IMG/VR virus record: IMGVR_UViG_3300042381_000885
Length of the DNA: 64,000 bases
Direction: 5' to 3' (one strand)
From: a virus
Taxonomy: Duplodnaviria; Heunggongvirae; Uroviricota; Caudoviricetes
The translations under genes were made by a program, and so were the position numbers. Below, in pieces: positions 29,062 through 38,453 of the stretch. The notes under the pieces were generated by a model that saw only the letters and a program-made list of their open reading frames with translations, was not told the DNA's origin and searched no databases. Position 1 is the first letter of the stretch, and the number at the start of each line of letters is the position of its first letter.

Positions 29062-29433
29062 ATGGAAAAAGAATTTATACCTTACGAACAAGCATTAGCT
29101 TTAAAAGAATTAGGATTTGATGAACATTGTTTAAAGATTTGGGAAAAAACAATGCTTTTTACAACATTAGTAAATCCTGAAGAATTTAAAAGAGTTGTCT
29201 CCGAAAGATATACTAAGGCACCAACATTCTCACAAGCATTTAGATTTTTTAGAGAGAAGTATGGAATATATGGTTATCCTTTTTCTCAAAGCAGCCAAAC
29301 AAATTATTGGTTTAAGTATTTTATTCAACAAGATTGGAAAGAACAAATTACATCAGACAGTTTTAGTACTTCCGAAGAAGCAGAACTTGAATGTTTGATT
29401 AAATTAATAGAAATAGTTAAAGAAAAGAAATAA
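29062..29433 (+). CDS. paralog family KEFI..EQALALKELGFDE, copy 1
   Basis: Shares N- and C-terminal blocks with 29433 and 30312. Confidence 0.75.
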   Translation: MEKEFIPYEQALALKELGFDEHCLKIWEKTMLFTTLVNPEEFKRVVSERYTKAPTFSQAFRFFREKYGIYGYPFSQSSQTNYWFKYFIQQDWKEQITSDSFSTSEEAELECLIKLIEIVKEKK

Positions 29434-29816
29434 TGAACAAAGAATTTATAAATTACACAGAAGCATTAGCTTTAAAAGAATTAGGATTTGATGAGTCTTG
29501 TTTTGGTTATTATGTTGGTCTTGGTGATAGTAAAGACGACCCATTTAAACTTGTACAAATACAATCAGAAAAAGAACAATTTCAATGGACAGACAATGTT
29601 TATCATGCACCACTTTACCAACAATGCTTCCGATGGTTTAGAGAGAAGTATCAAATTGATAGTTGGATATATCCAAATTTGAATGGTTTATATTCGGTAT
29701 CTAATATAAGGAGAGGTGTAGGTTTAGGTAAAGTTTCTGAATATCAAACCTACGAAGAAGCAGAACTTGAATGTCTAAAAAAATTAATAGAAATTGTTAA
29801 AAGAAAAGTAGTATGA
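29433..29816 (+). CDS. paralog family KEFI..ALALKELGFDE, copy 2
   Basis: Tandem duplicate with a divergent middle. Confidence 0.75.
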   Translation: MNKEFINYTEALALKELGFDESCFGYYVGLGDSKDDPFKLVQIQSEKEQFQWTDNVYHAPLYQQCFRWFREKYQIDSWIYPNLNGLYSVSNIRRGVGLGKVSEYQTYEEAELECLKKLIEIVKRKVV

Positions 29817-30310
29817 TAATTTTATTGGGGGTTATTTTAGTGATACTGATGATAATTGGTATTTGTGGTTCTGTCAAAGATAAGAATAGAAAGAAAACTT
29901 GTAAAAATTGGAAAGTTGGAGATAAACTATCTTTAATTAGAGGTGATTATCACAGAATTTTGGAACAAAATAGTAAAGAGTTTGCAACCCTTGAAGGTTG
30001 GGATTTGAATAATCTTTATATTAGTTGTGGTAATAATATGACATATCAAGTAAATTGGAATGTTATGAATTTCAATAAGTCTGCGACTTGGAGACAGAAC
30101 TATGATGATGCTAAAAAAGTAATGGGTTGTGAACCCGGATTCACAGGTGGTGTAGGAGAAAGTAGTAAATCTACTGGTAAAAAAGTTGATGGTAAACCCG
30201 TGGACTTAATGAATGAAATTGAATGTGAAGTTTATTTGAAACGTGCAATTGAGAATGAGGATTTTGATACCGCGGAGTTAATTAAAAAAAGAATGGAAAA
30301 ATTTAGATAA
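29813..30310 (+). CDS. membrane-anchored protein with C-terminal UVR motif
   Basis: N-terminal TM segment; MNEIECEVYLKRAIENEDFDTAELIKK. Confidence 0.65.
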   Translation: MIILLGVILVILMIIGICGSVKDKNRKKTCKNWKVGDKLSLIRGDYHRILEQNSKEFATLEGWDLNNLYISCGNNMTYQVNWNVMNFNKSATWRQNYDDAKKVMGCEPGFTGGVGESSKSTGKKVDGKPVDLMNEIECEVYLKRAIENEDFDTAELIKKRMEKFR

Positions 30311-30311
30311 G

Positions 30312-30767
30312 ATGGAAGAACAATTGATAATATTTGATACAGCTAAAATAGCTAAAGAAAAAGGTTTTGATTTAGAACTTTGTAATGTAGGTTGGCACGG
30401 TGATTTTGGTGATTTGAAGGGTGATAGTTATCCATTTTTAGGGACTTACTCATTTTACAAAAGTATATACTGTAACAACAAAGATGAGCATCAAATACAA
30501 AGACCGACACAATCACTTCTTCAAAAATGGTTAAGAGACGTTCATAATATATTTGTTGAGGTAAACACTGATTGTACATCGGCACCTAAATTTAGTTTTG
30601 ATATAAAACAATTTGTAGGTAACCCAAAAGATTTAAGTGATAAGGAATGGGATTGGGTTTTTCCGATACAAAATGAAAATTGGGGTTTAGATAGAACCTA
30701 TGAAATTTCATTAGAAGCAGGATTACAAGAAGGATTAAAATTAGTTAAATATGAAATGGTTAAATAA
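30312..30767 (+). CDS. paralog family (AKIAKEKGFD...PTQSLLQKWLRD), copy 3
   Basis: Distant paralog of 29062 and 29433. Confidence 0.65.
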   Translation: MEEQLIIFDTAKIAKEKGFDLELCNVGWHGDFGDLKGDSYPFLGTYSFYKSIYCNNKDEHQIQRPTQSLLQKWLRDVHNIFVEVNTDCTSAPKFSFDIKQFVGNPKDLSDKEWDWVFPIQNENWGLDRTYEISLEAGLQEGLKLVKYEMVK

Positions 30768-31182
30768 ATTATTGGGAATCAAACCTAAAGGTGAGTTTGA
30801 GGTTGTTTATAGTAAATCCGGAACTTGGAATATTAGCTATGGGAGTGGTGATAAAACATATAATGAATATTGTCATTTTGATATTCTTTATAATGATGCG
30901 ACCAAAAAATATAAATTAAATCATCGTGGATATAAACCTGATAGTCACACATTATATCCGGAACTCTTCAAATATATGAGAATGTTAAATGAAGGTTTAG
31001 CTTATCATAAAGGAGGTGAATTATTTACATATAGTGAGACTGACAATGGTAAAACAAATGGTAAAGATATTAGTTCAATGAATGAAACGGAATGTCAGGC
31101 TTATTTGAATAAGGCAATCGAAGATGAGGATTATGAATTGGCGGATAAGATTAGAAAACAATTAGAAAAATTTAGAGAGTAA
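30751..31182 (+). CDS. hypothetical protein with C-terminal UVR motif
   Basis: MNETECQAYLNKAIEDEDYELADKIRKQLEKFR. Confidence 0.65.
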   Translation: MKWLNKLLGIKPKGEFEVVYSKSGTWNISYGSGDKTYNEYCHFDILYNDATKKYKLNHRGYKPDSHTLYPELFKYMRMLNEGLAYHKGGELFTYSETDNGKTNGKDISSMNETECQAYLNKAIEDEDYELADKIRKQLEKFRE

Positions 31183-31439
31183 TGAGAAGAAATGGTATAA
31201 TAGGTTTTATGGTGATAATTTTATTACTTATCGTAACCTCTGTTGGTTATAAAGTATATTTGATTAGTGGGATTAAAAAGGGGAGTCATTTATATGAAAT
31301 CTCCATCCCGGGTAATAAACGACAAGAGACAAGTTTCTATACTGAAAAATATGTGGAGAAAGATGGATGTATAACATTCAAAGATGAGTTTAGTAGGTCA
31401 CATAGAATATGTGGTATGTATAACATTACAGAGTATTAA
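31182..31439 (+). CDS. small membrane protein
   Basis: N-terminal TM segment. Confidence 0.6.
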   Translation: MRRNGIIGFMVIILLLIVTSVGYKVYLISGIKKGSHLYEISIPGNKRQETSFYTEKYVEKDGCITFKDEFSRSHRICGMYNITEY

Positions 31440-31440
31440 G

Positions 31441-31671
31441 ATGGAGAAAACATTCGGAGAACAAATTAATGAGACTGTTGATAGAATATGTGAGAAACAT
31501 AATTTGAAACAACCAATTACGGTTCCTTCCGCTGGTAAGATGATTATGGAGTATGAAGGGTTGGATAGAGCAATTGAATTATTTGAGGGTGCGGTTGAAG
31601 AAACTACTGATATTTTTAAAAAATCAGCATATCGAGCGACATTGGAGATTATTTTACTACCAATGAAGTAG
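31441..31671 (+). CDS. hypothetical protein
   Basis: ATG at 31441, followed by a terminator-like hairpin. Confidence 0.55.
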   Translation: MEKTFGEQINETVDRICEKHNLKQPITVPSAGKMIMEYEGLDRAIELFEGAVEETTDIFKKSAYRATLEIILLPMK

Positions 31672-31731
31672 ATGACAAAAAAAACCTTCGGTGATAAAGG
31701 TTTTTTTTTTTGTTTGAATATTGAGGTTTAA

Positions 31732-32067
31732 TTAAAAATTACCTCCTGGAACATTAATTGTCTCAAGTATTGAAACATTTAATTTAGTGGCAATTAACTC
31801 TAATAAATCCTCATCGTTGGCCCCCCAATCACTTAATTCTTCACTTGTCATGGTTATTTGACTACTTGTTTCGTTATTAAACCTCACGATTACCTCGTTT
31901 TCATTTAATACTATTGAACCAAATTGAATTTGGAAGTTTGTTGATGGAGAGTTTAAGATATATGGTCTTGCAATTGCAGTCATATAATCTAAATTTTTAG
32001 TTGTTGAACTAAAAGGAGTTGTCTCAACAATTTTAATTGCCGGTGGATTGATTTTTGCTATTAACAT
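31732..32067 (-). CDS. hypothetical protein
   Basis: 111-aa ORF. Confidence 0.6.
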   Translation of the reverse strand: MLIAKINPPAIKIVETTPFSSTTKNLDYMTAIARPYILNSPSTNFQIQFGSIVLNENEVIVRFNNETSSQITMTSEELSDWGANDEDLLELIATKLNVSILETINVPGGNF

Positions 32068-32180
32068 AATATTTGTGTTTTTTGTTTAAATATCGTTATT
32101 ATCGATATAATATAAATACTTCGTCTTAACTTAATTTGTAATTTAAATTAATTTTTTATACTTTTGTAAAAAAAAATATT

Positions 32181-32399
32181 ATGGAAGAAATGTCAAAAAA
32201 TATGATGAAATATGCGGAGATTGTTTCAGTTTTAGAACAGAACAATATTTCGTGGAATGGATTGGTTGATGGTTTGGTAGAAACTTATCACAATGATAAT
32301 CCAGAGTATAAACTGAAACAAAATCCAGATTGGTGGAATATTGGAAGTAAAGAAGAAGTTATTGATAGTGTTATATCAACATTCTCAAAACAAAAATAA
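32181..32399 (+). CDS. cassette gene 1, hypothetical
   Basis: Followed by attC-like site 1. Confidence 0.65.
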   Translation: MEEMSKNMMKYAEIVSVLEQNNISWNGLVDGLVETYHNDNPEYKLKQNPDWWNIGSKEEVIDSVISTFSKQK

Positions 32400-32403
32400 T
32401 ATT

Positions 32404-32461
32404 ACTTATAACGGTTGCAAATAAAACATCGTTTTAATGTGTTTTATTTGTTGTTATAAGT
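32404..32461 (+). mobile_element. attC-like site 1
   Basis: ACTTATAAC-ggttg-CAAATAAAACA-tcgttttaatg-TGTTTTATTTG-tt-GTTATAAGT. Confidence 0.65.
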
Positions 32462-32498
32462 ATGTATTATTTTTTAAAAAAATTTAATGAAGTAAAAA

Positions 32499-32843
32499 AT
32501 GGAAACAATAATAGAAGAAGGTATTTGGGACATTAAACAAAAACTACCATTAAGAAGGGTTGTATTTACTTGTGATGGAAAAAAAATCACACGAAATTTG
32601 TTTATTTTAGGTGATTCAGAGAATCGAAACTCTAAAGTAGATATTATTGATTTAGAGAAAGTGGAAATTGAAATTAGTTTAACTAAAATAAATAAATTAT
32701 CAACAACTGAAATAGGTGAATATTTAAAAAAGAAAGCGGAGGTTTTTGAACCAATTACTTGTTTTGAACGGAATATCAGTAATGAAATTCCATTTTTTAC
32801 TTCACCTATAATAACAAAAAATAATATTACTTATAACGACTGA
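32499..32843 (+). CDS. cassette gene 2, hypothetical
   Basis: Lies between attC-like sites 1 and 2. Confidence 0.65.
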   Translation: METIIEEGIWDIKQKLPLRRVVFTCDGKKITRNLFILGDSENRNSKVDIIDLEKVEIEISLTKINKLSTTEIGEYLKKKAEVFEPITCFERNISNEIPFFTSPIITKNNITYND

Positions 32844-32885
32844 GAATATGTGTTCGTTTTAATGACACATATTCTTTGTTATATT
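32829..32885 (+). mobile_element. attC-like site 2
   Basis: ACTTATAAC-gactg-AGAATATGTGT-tcgttttaatg-ACACATATTCT-tt-GTTATATT. Confidence 0.65.
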
Positions 32886-32907
32886 TAGTATCAAAAATTT
32901 TATACAA

Positions 32908-33150
32908 ATGAAAAAATGTAAATGTATTAAAGAATCTTCTTGGTTTTTAATTGATGATTCCTTTGACGAAAATTCTAAATTAAATGGTGGTAGATTTTCT
33001 TTTCAAATGGGTAGTGAATATGATTATTTTGAAGAGGTAACTCCATTTGGAAATGGTATGTCAGTTATACATCCTAAACACGGAAAAGAAAATCCTACTG
33101 GTTTTGATGAAAGAAGATTCTACGAACACTTTGAAATAATAAACTCATAA
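32908..33150 (+). CDS. cassette gene 3, hypothetical
   Basis: Lies between attC-like sites 2 and 3. Confidence 0.65.
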   Translation: MKKCKCIKESSWFLIDDSFDENSKLNGGRFSFQMGSEYDYFEEVTPFGNGMSVIHPKHGKENPTGFDERRFYEHFEIINS

Positions 33151-33164
33151 AATTTTTGATATTG

Positions 33165-33220
33165 AATATAACGTCCGATGATAAACAATCGTTTTAATGT
33201 TGTTTATCATTTGTTAGGTT
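33165..33220 (+). mobile_element. attC-like site 3
   Basis: AATATAAC-gtccg-ATGATAAACAA-tcgttttaatg-TTGTTTATCAT-tt-GTTAGGTT. Confidence 0.65.
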
Positions 33221-33258
33221 TTGTCATTAATTTGTTTTACCTTATAAAAAAAAATATT

Positions 33259-33810
33259 ATGGAAGAATGGTGTATTGAACAACATAGAAGTACGAATCAC
33301 ATGTATTCGGAGTGTCGGGTTGTTAAAATATTCAACGAATTAATTCGACATAAATTATCACCGGTTTTTGGTGATAATTTATTAGATTGTAAATTAATTG
33401 AGCGTGGATATGAATATCGATATGATTTACTATTCATTTTCCGAGGAGTCTATAATAATCCGACAATACAATTGGAAAGTGTTTTAGAAACCTGTGATAT
33501 GTTGTTTGATTGGGTTGACTTAAGAGACATGGTTAATCTTAGTATTGTTATTATAACTAATGGAAGAAATCAACATTTTAGTTATTTTGAGATAATGGAT
33601 GGAATAGGTGAGAGTGGTAGGGGTTATCAGCATCATATGATAATTAGACATCCAAAATACCGTCAGTATCGGGAATGGAAAACTAATAGAGAAATAGAGG
33701 AAGGAATGAAACGAGCTTGGGAGATGGAGATAGATAGAGTTACAAGAAATGTTAATATACAACAATCAAGAATTACGGAATCAAGAAAGAAGAAGTTTTT
33801 ATTTTGGTAA
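33259..33810 (+). CDS. hypothetical protein
   Basis: ATG at 33259; the track start at 33178 runs through the attC-like site. Confidence 0.6.
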   Translation: MEEWCIEQHRSTNHMYSECRVVKIFNELIRHKLSPVFGDNLLDCKLIERGYEYRYDLLFIFRGVYNNPTIQLESVLETCDMLFDWVDLRDMVNLSIVIITNGRNQHFSYFEIMDGIGESGRGYQHHMIIRHPKYRQYREWKTNREIEEGMKRAWEMEIDRVTRNVNIQQSRITESRKKKFLFW

Positions 33811-33849
33811 ATCAAAATAAAAGATTATCTTTGCTCAAAATAAATTGAT

Positions 33850-34569
33850 ATGAGGACATATAAAGAATATTTAGTTGGAGGTGCGGTTAGAGATGAGATT
33901 TTAGGGATAAGTAGTAAAGATTTAGATTATGTTTTTGTTTTTGATAACCTAAATGATGACCAAACTGCCGCGGAATGTTTTGATGATATGACTAAGGTTA
34001 TTCAAGAAAGAGGTGAAATATTCCTATCAACACCAAGCTGTTATACTATCAGATATAAAGATAGAGAAACCAAAGAGGTTAAAGACGTGGTAATGGCCCG
34101 TAAAGAGATTGGTTACATTCCGGGAACAAGAACTCCAATCGTTAAGCCAGGGACTCTATACGATGATTTGGAAAGACGTGACTTTACCTTGAATGCTCTT
34201 GCTAAAGATGAGGATGGAACAATCATTGACTATTTCAATGGACTTAATGATTTGAGTGATAAAATTTTGAGAACACCATTACCGACGGAGACAACATTTA
34301 ATGATGACCCACTTAGAATTTTGAGATGTTTGCGTTTTTCTATTACAAAAGGATTTACCATTCCGGGAACAATGGCAATCACAATGATGGTTTACAATTA
34401 CGATGAGAAGATGAGTGTGGTGTCAACTGAAAGAATTAGAGAGGAATTATTCAAATGTTTTAAACACGATACTTTGAAAACATTAAGAGTTCTTGATGAA
34501 TTCCCATTACTCAAAAATTACATCTTCAAGGATAGTGGATTATGGTTAAAACCAACTATGGAACAATAA
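33850..34569 (+). CDS. cca: class II tRNA nucleotidyltransferase (CCA-adding/poly(A) polymerase family), compact, no HD domain
   Basis: VGGAVRD, DLDY, DLERRDFTLNAL, DDPLRILR, ERIREE. Confidence 0.85.
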   Translation: MRTYKEYLVGGAVRDEILGISSKDLDYVFVFDNLNDDQTAAECFDDMTKVIQERGEIFLSTPSCYTIRYKDRETKEVKDVVMARKEIGYIPGTRTPIVKPGTLYDDLERRDFTLNALAKDEDGTIIDYFNGLNDLSDKILRTPLPTETTFNDDPLRILRCLRFSITKGFTIPGTMAITMMVYNYDEKMSVVSTERIREELFKCFKHDTLKTLRVLDEFPLLKNYIFKDSGLWLKPTMEQ

Positions 34570-34580
34570 ACTAATTAAAT

Positions 34581-34916
34581 ATGAAAAAGTTACTATTAAA
34601 TATTAAAGAGAATTGGAGAAAAACTCCAAACAGTGTAAAATTTTGGAACGGATTACTTTTACTTGGGTTAATTGTTGTCAGCATTATGAGTTTGGAACTA
34701 CTGACGACTATGTCGGTGATAATGTCAATTTTCTCTATAGTTGTGTTACTTAATGGCTCGGGTGATGATGGTAAGAGTTTAGATAAACACATATGGATGT
34801 GGTTCACACCGTTAGTTTGGTTTATGGTGATTATTTATGGAATCATCTACGGATGTATGAAATTTTATGAAAATACTATTAGTGGATTTAATAATTGGTT
34901 AGATAAAGAAAAATGA
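34581..34916 (+). CDS. membrane protein, 3 predicted TM helices
   Basis: Hydrophobic segments. Confidence 0.6.
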   Translation: MKKLLLNIKENWRKTPNSVKFWNGLLLLGLIVVSIMSLELLTTMSVIMSIFSIVVLLNGSGDDGKSLDKHIWMWFTPLVWFMVIIYGIIYGCMKFYENTISGFNNWLDKEK

Positions 34917-35251
34917 TGGAAAAGAAATTAGGAAAAATTGAGGAAGTTCGTTTTGGTCTTGGTGGATATCAAGGGGCAATGTTAGGTCTTCACGTTACAT
35001 TAGGTGATGGAGGTTGGGGTGTCGGTGATTCAAGGGCCAATTGGGATGCCGAGATGATTGATAGTAATGGGCGCTCTACTTGGTCTGAGTCAGACAGAGA
35101 TGGTTGGTATGCAGAAATTATGAGATATGTTTCAAAATTATTGAAAGAGGCAAAAGTTGACTCAGTTGACAAATTAAAAGGAAAACCCGTTGAGGTGACC
35201 TTTGAAGGGAATACACTGAAGAGTTGGAGAATTTTAACTGAGGTGTTGTAA
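34913..35251 (+). CDS. hypothetical phage protein
   Basis: 112-aa ORF, translationally coupled. Confidence 0.65.
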   Translation: MMEKKLGKIEEVRFGLGGYQGAMLGLHVTLGDGGWGVGDSRANWDAEMIDSNGRSTWSESDRDGWYAEIMRYVSKLLKEAKVDSVDKLKGKPVEVTFEGNTLKSWRILTEVL

Positions 35252-35252
35252 T

Positions 35253-35726
35253 ATGAAAAGAATTTTTATAGATATGGATGGTGTCTTGGTCGATTTAGGG
35301 GCGGAGTTTGACAAATGGTTTGAAGAACATCCAAATTTAATTCACAAATACAAACATTGTCCTGACCATATACCGGGAATTTTTAGAGACCCTAAACCAT
35401 ACGATGGGGCAATTGATGCAATTAACAAATTGGTTGAGAGTGGGGAATATGAATTATTGATTGCTACGGCAGCGCCTTGGGGAAACCCTTACGCTTCTAC
35501 GGATAAAAGATATTGGATTGAGAAGTATTTTGGTAAGTTATTTCATAAGAAAATGGTTATTACTCACCGAAAAGATTTATTACTTGGTGATTATTTGATT
35601 GATGATAGAACGGCAAATGGTGCTGGAGATTTCACCGGAGAATTAATTCATTTTGGGTGGAATTATGAGAAAAAAGTTTGGAATGAATATCCTGATTGGG
35701 ATAGTGTATTAAAAAAATTATTATAA
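35253..35726 (+). CDS. 5'(3')-deoxyribonucleotidase (HAD, NT5C-like)
   Basis: IFIDMDGVLVD, DKRYWIEKYF, RKDLLLGDYLIDD. Confidence 0.88.
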   Translation: MKRIFIDMDGVLVDLGAEFDKWFEEHPNLIHKYKHCPDHIPGIFRDPKPYDGAIDAINKLVESGEYELLIATAAPWGNPYASTDKRYWIEKYFGKLFHKKMVITHRKDLLLGDYLIDDRTANGAGDFTGELIHFGWNYEKKVWNEYPDWDSVLKKLL

Positions 35727-35727
35727 A

Positions 35728-36198
35728 ATGGGAAATAACATTAAACCACCTTATCGCATCTATCTTGATGACATTCGGACTCCAATCGATAAAGATTGGA
35801 TTGTTGTTAGGGATTACGATGAGTTCGTAAAGAAAGTGAATGAAATTGGATTAGTTAATATCGAGACTATTTCATTGGACCATGACTTGGGCGACACTGC
35901 TATGAAAGAGTATTTCGATAATGTGTCTCCGAACTACACATTGGATTACAATAACATCCACGAGAAGACCGGATATGATGCAATCAAATTCTTGGTGTCA
36001 TTATTCTACAACACTAATGAAGAAAGATTCAACATGAGTAGAAGTGAAAGAAAGAAACATCAATTTGTGTTCCCAAAGGTGTATTCACATTCAGCAAATC
36101 CTGTGGGTGCTCACAATATCTGTGGTTACGGCAACAATTTCTTAATGAACGAAGGTCAAGACCAAACCTGTGTAAGAGTAAGAATAGAACACACATAA
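35728..36198 (+). CDS. cyclic-phosphate-processing receiver-like domain protein
   Basis: IYLDDIR, WIVVRDYDEF, ISLDHDLG, TGYD, HSANPVG. Confidence 0.7.
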   Translation: MGNNIKPPYRIYLDDIRTPIDKDWIVVRDYDEFVKKVNEIGLVNIETISLDHDLGDTAMKEYFDNVSPNYTLDYNNIHEKTGYDAIKFLVSLFYNTNEERFNMSRSERKKHQFVFPKVYSHSANPVGAHNICGYGNNFLMNEGQDQTCVRVRIEHT

Positions 36199-36199
36199 T

Positions 36200-36577
36200 A
36201 TGAAAGGAAGATTAAATAAATTATCGAGAGGGTGGGTCGTGGAATATGTTTTCCCGGGTCCACCATTTGTTGGGGAATTACCCCTATTAATGGATGAAAC
36301 GACATTTCCAAAGGACAGAGAGTTATTTGTTGTTGGTAGTGAGGTTAGTTTTAAAATCGTTGAACAGTGGGAGGTTGGTGACTTCGATATGGAAGGTATG
36401 GTTGAATATGCCAAGATTGTAACGGAAGTTAAGGAAGAAGAACCTTATAACTATTGGAAAGAAAGATGTTTAGCTGCTGAAAAGTTCATCGACCTTTCAC
36501 CTTGTGACCCGGACATTCAAGGGGGCCAATTAGAAGCACATAGTGAATGGATATCGTTTATACTTAAAGAAAATTAA
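36200..36577 (+). CDS. hypothetical protein
   Basis: 125-aa ORF in the operon. Confidence 0.55.
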   Translation: MKGRLNKLSRGWVVEYVFPGPPFVGELPLLMDETTFPKDRELFVVGSEVSFKIVEQWEVGDFDMEGMVEYAKIVTEVKEEEPYNYWKERCLAAEKFIDLSPCDPDIQGGQLEAHSEWISFILKEN

Positions 36578-36579
36578 AT

Positions 36580-36903
36580 ATGAAAAAAGAATACATTTTA
36601 ATAAGCGCTGTTTGGTACAAAGACATGCCACTAAAGAAAGAAATTCCAGAAGTCTTACCAAAAAATTGTGATAGAGGATTGGTTGTGTTGGGTCATAGAC
36701 ACGGACAAGCTTTATGGACGATGAGTTCATTAACGGGATTACGGACATGTACATTTGGTGAAGACTGTTCGGGTGAACACGAACAAGGGTTTTTAACCAA
36801 CACTAACAGATTTGTCGATAGAGAAGAGGCGGCTCAAATCGCCTTTGATGCGGGACAAATAGAACAACATGTAATTACTCTTTATTCTGAGGATTTATAT
36901 TGA
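36580..36903 (+). CDS. hypothetical phage protein
   Basis: GHRH...EQGFLTNTNRFVDREEAAQIA...LYSEDLY. Confidence 0.7.
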   Translation: MKKEYILISAVWYKDMPLKKEIPEVLPKNCDRGLVVLGHRHGQALWTMSSLTGLRTCTFGEDCSGEHEQGFLTNTNRFVDREEAAQIAFDAGQIEQHVITLYSEDLY

Positions 36904-37142
36904 AACACCACTTCACAATTAATATCATATCCAAATGTATTAAATATTGTTTGTAGTCTTTTAGATATGAAGTATCTTTCACTGAACTTGAGGTCGTCAT
37001 CAGTAATAACACGGAATCTTATTGTGTAATCAGAGATTAATGGTTCATAATTTACTATTGTAATTTCATTAATATTTGGATACTCTTGTTTTGTATAAGA
37101 GTTAATCAATTTTAATGATGTCCTCATTTCATTCTTTGTCAT
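36882..37142 (-). CDS. hypothetical protein
   Basis: 86-aa ORF. Confidence 0.5.
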   Translation of the reverse strand: MTKNEMRTSLKLINSYTKQEYPNINEITIVNYEPLISDYTIRFRVITDDDLKFSERYFISKRLQTIFNTFGYDINCEVVFQYKSSE

Positions 37143-37185
37143 AAATGTTTGTTATTTAAGATACTATATCGTTTTCGTGCTCGAA

Positions 37186-37506
37186 TTAACGACCATTATG
37201 TTGTTCTTCCGCCGCGTTATACATTTCACTTGGTTTTTTATATCCGGTTTTTGAGACCATCCATTCGGTGTAAAACTTATTGGAGTCCATGGATGAAATT
37301 CCAAACCATTTTTTAATTGTTACTATTGTTTTATTCGTGAATAAAATTGATAATGTTCCACCTTCATTTGGGAATATGACAAGCATCGGAGAACCCAACG
37401 AATCGTTCAATTCGTACTCATTACCAAATCCTCCTCGACCACGATAGGTAAGTTTCAAATTATCTCCGTGTCTATTATCTAAAAATTTAAATACCAACTC
37501 TTTCAT
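37186..37506 (-). CDS. small-domain family member (ends EWMVSKTG)
   Basis: Reverse TATCTTTG promoter at 37511-37518. Confidence 0.6.
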   Translation of the reverse strand: MKELVFKFLDNRHGDNLKLTYRGRGGFGNEYELNDSLGSPMLVIFPNEGGTLSILFTNKTIVTIKKWFGISSMDSNKFYTEWMVSKTGYKKPSEMYNAAEEQHNGR

Positions 37507-37580
37507 AACGCAAAGATATAAAGAATATGTTGATTATACAATTAATTCACTATCTTTGTATCTTCAAGGTATTTATTATT

Positions 37581-38453
37581 ATGAAGATAAAAATAACTGA
37601 ATCTCAGTATGTGAGATTACAAGAACAAAGGGTTAAGGGTGAAGAAGTTACTCCCGGAAAATATGTTGTTCATGCTTCAAATAGAAGAAATCGAGATAGT
37701 ATAATGGACTATGGTATTAGAACAGGTTTGGGTGATTGTTATTTATCTCATGCTGCTAGTGAATATAGTGATGAAGAAGAATGTGTGCCGGCAGTATTTG
37801 CCACAAATAGTCTAAAAAAGAAAGATATGTTTGACTCAACAATTGGTGATGATATATGGGTTATTGATACTGAAAGAGCCAATGTTCAATGGTATAAAGA
37901 TGCACATTTTGATGATGAGTATAAACATATTGTTACTTTTGATGATATTCCTAAAGACTCTGTTAAATTAATTCATAAAGGTGATGGACAGTACACACCA
38001 TATGATAATGATGAAACTGAATTAACATTGAGTGAGATGATTAAATTGGACATCAATGTTGGTGATACAATAATGGGTGGGAAGTTTAAGAATAAAAAAA
38101 TTGTTGTTAAGACGATTGATAAGAATGAAAAGGGTGATATAACAATCAATGGTAAACCACTCTTAAGATTTAGAATACTAAAAGAAGATAAGTATCGATT
38201 AGTTAGGAGAGAATCAGATATGAAACACAGAATTGATAATCAACTTATGATGGCCAAACTTCAAAATGATTTACATTATGTCCCATTAGACCATTTGATA
38301 TTACATATCGCAGATAATGTAGCTGTTGAAATGGCAAATGAATTGAATTTGGATGATGATGAATACATTACCTTTAGAAATCAGATAAAACAATATATTC
38401 GTAGTAACTTTTATGAACATATTAGAGACTATTGGCAATCAAATCAATTATGA
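37581..38453 (+). CDS. multi-module protein; N-terminal part weakly ADP-ribosyltransferase-like
   Basis: MKIKITESQ tag; VHAS...SIMDYGI...AVFAT; second module LDINVGDTIMGGKFKNKK. Confidence 0.5.
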   Translation: MKIKITESQYVRLQEQRVKGEEVTPGKYVVHASNRRNRDSIMDYGIRTGLGDCYLSHAASEYSDEEECVPAVFATNSLKKKDMFDSTIGDDIWVIDTERANVQWYKDAHFDDEYKHIVTFDDIPKDSVKLIHKGDGQYTPYDNDETELTLSEMIKLDINVGDTIMGGKFKNKKIVVKTIDKNEKGDITINGKPLLRFRILKEDKYRLVRRESDMKHRIDNQLMMAKLQNDLHYVPLDHLILHIADNVAVEMANELNLDDDEYITFRNQIKQYIRSNFYEHIRDYWQSNQL

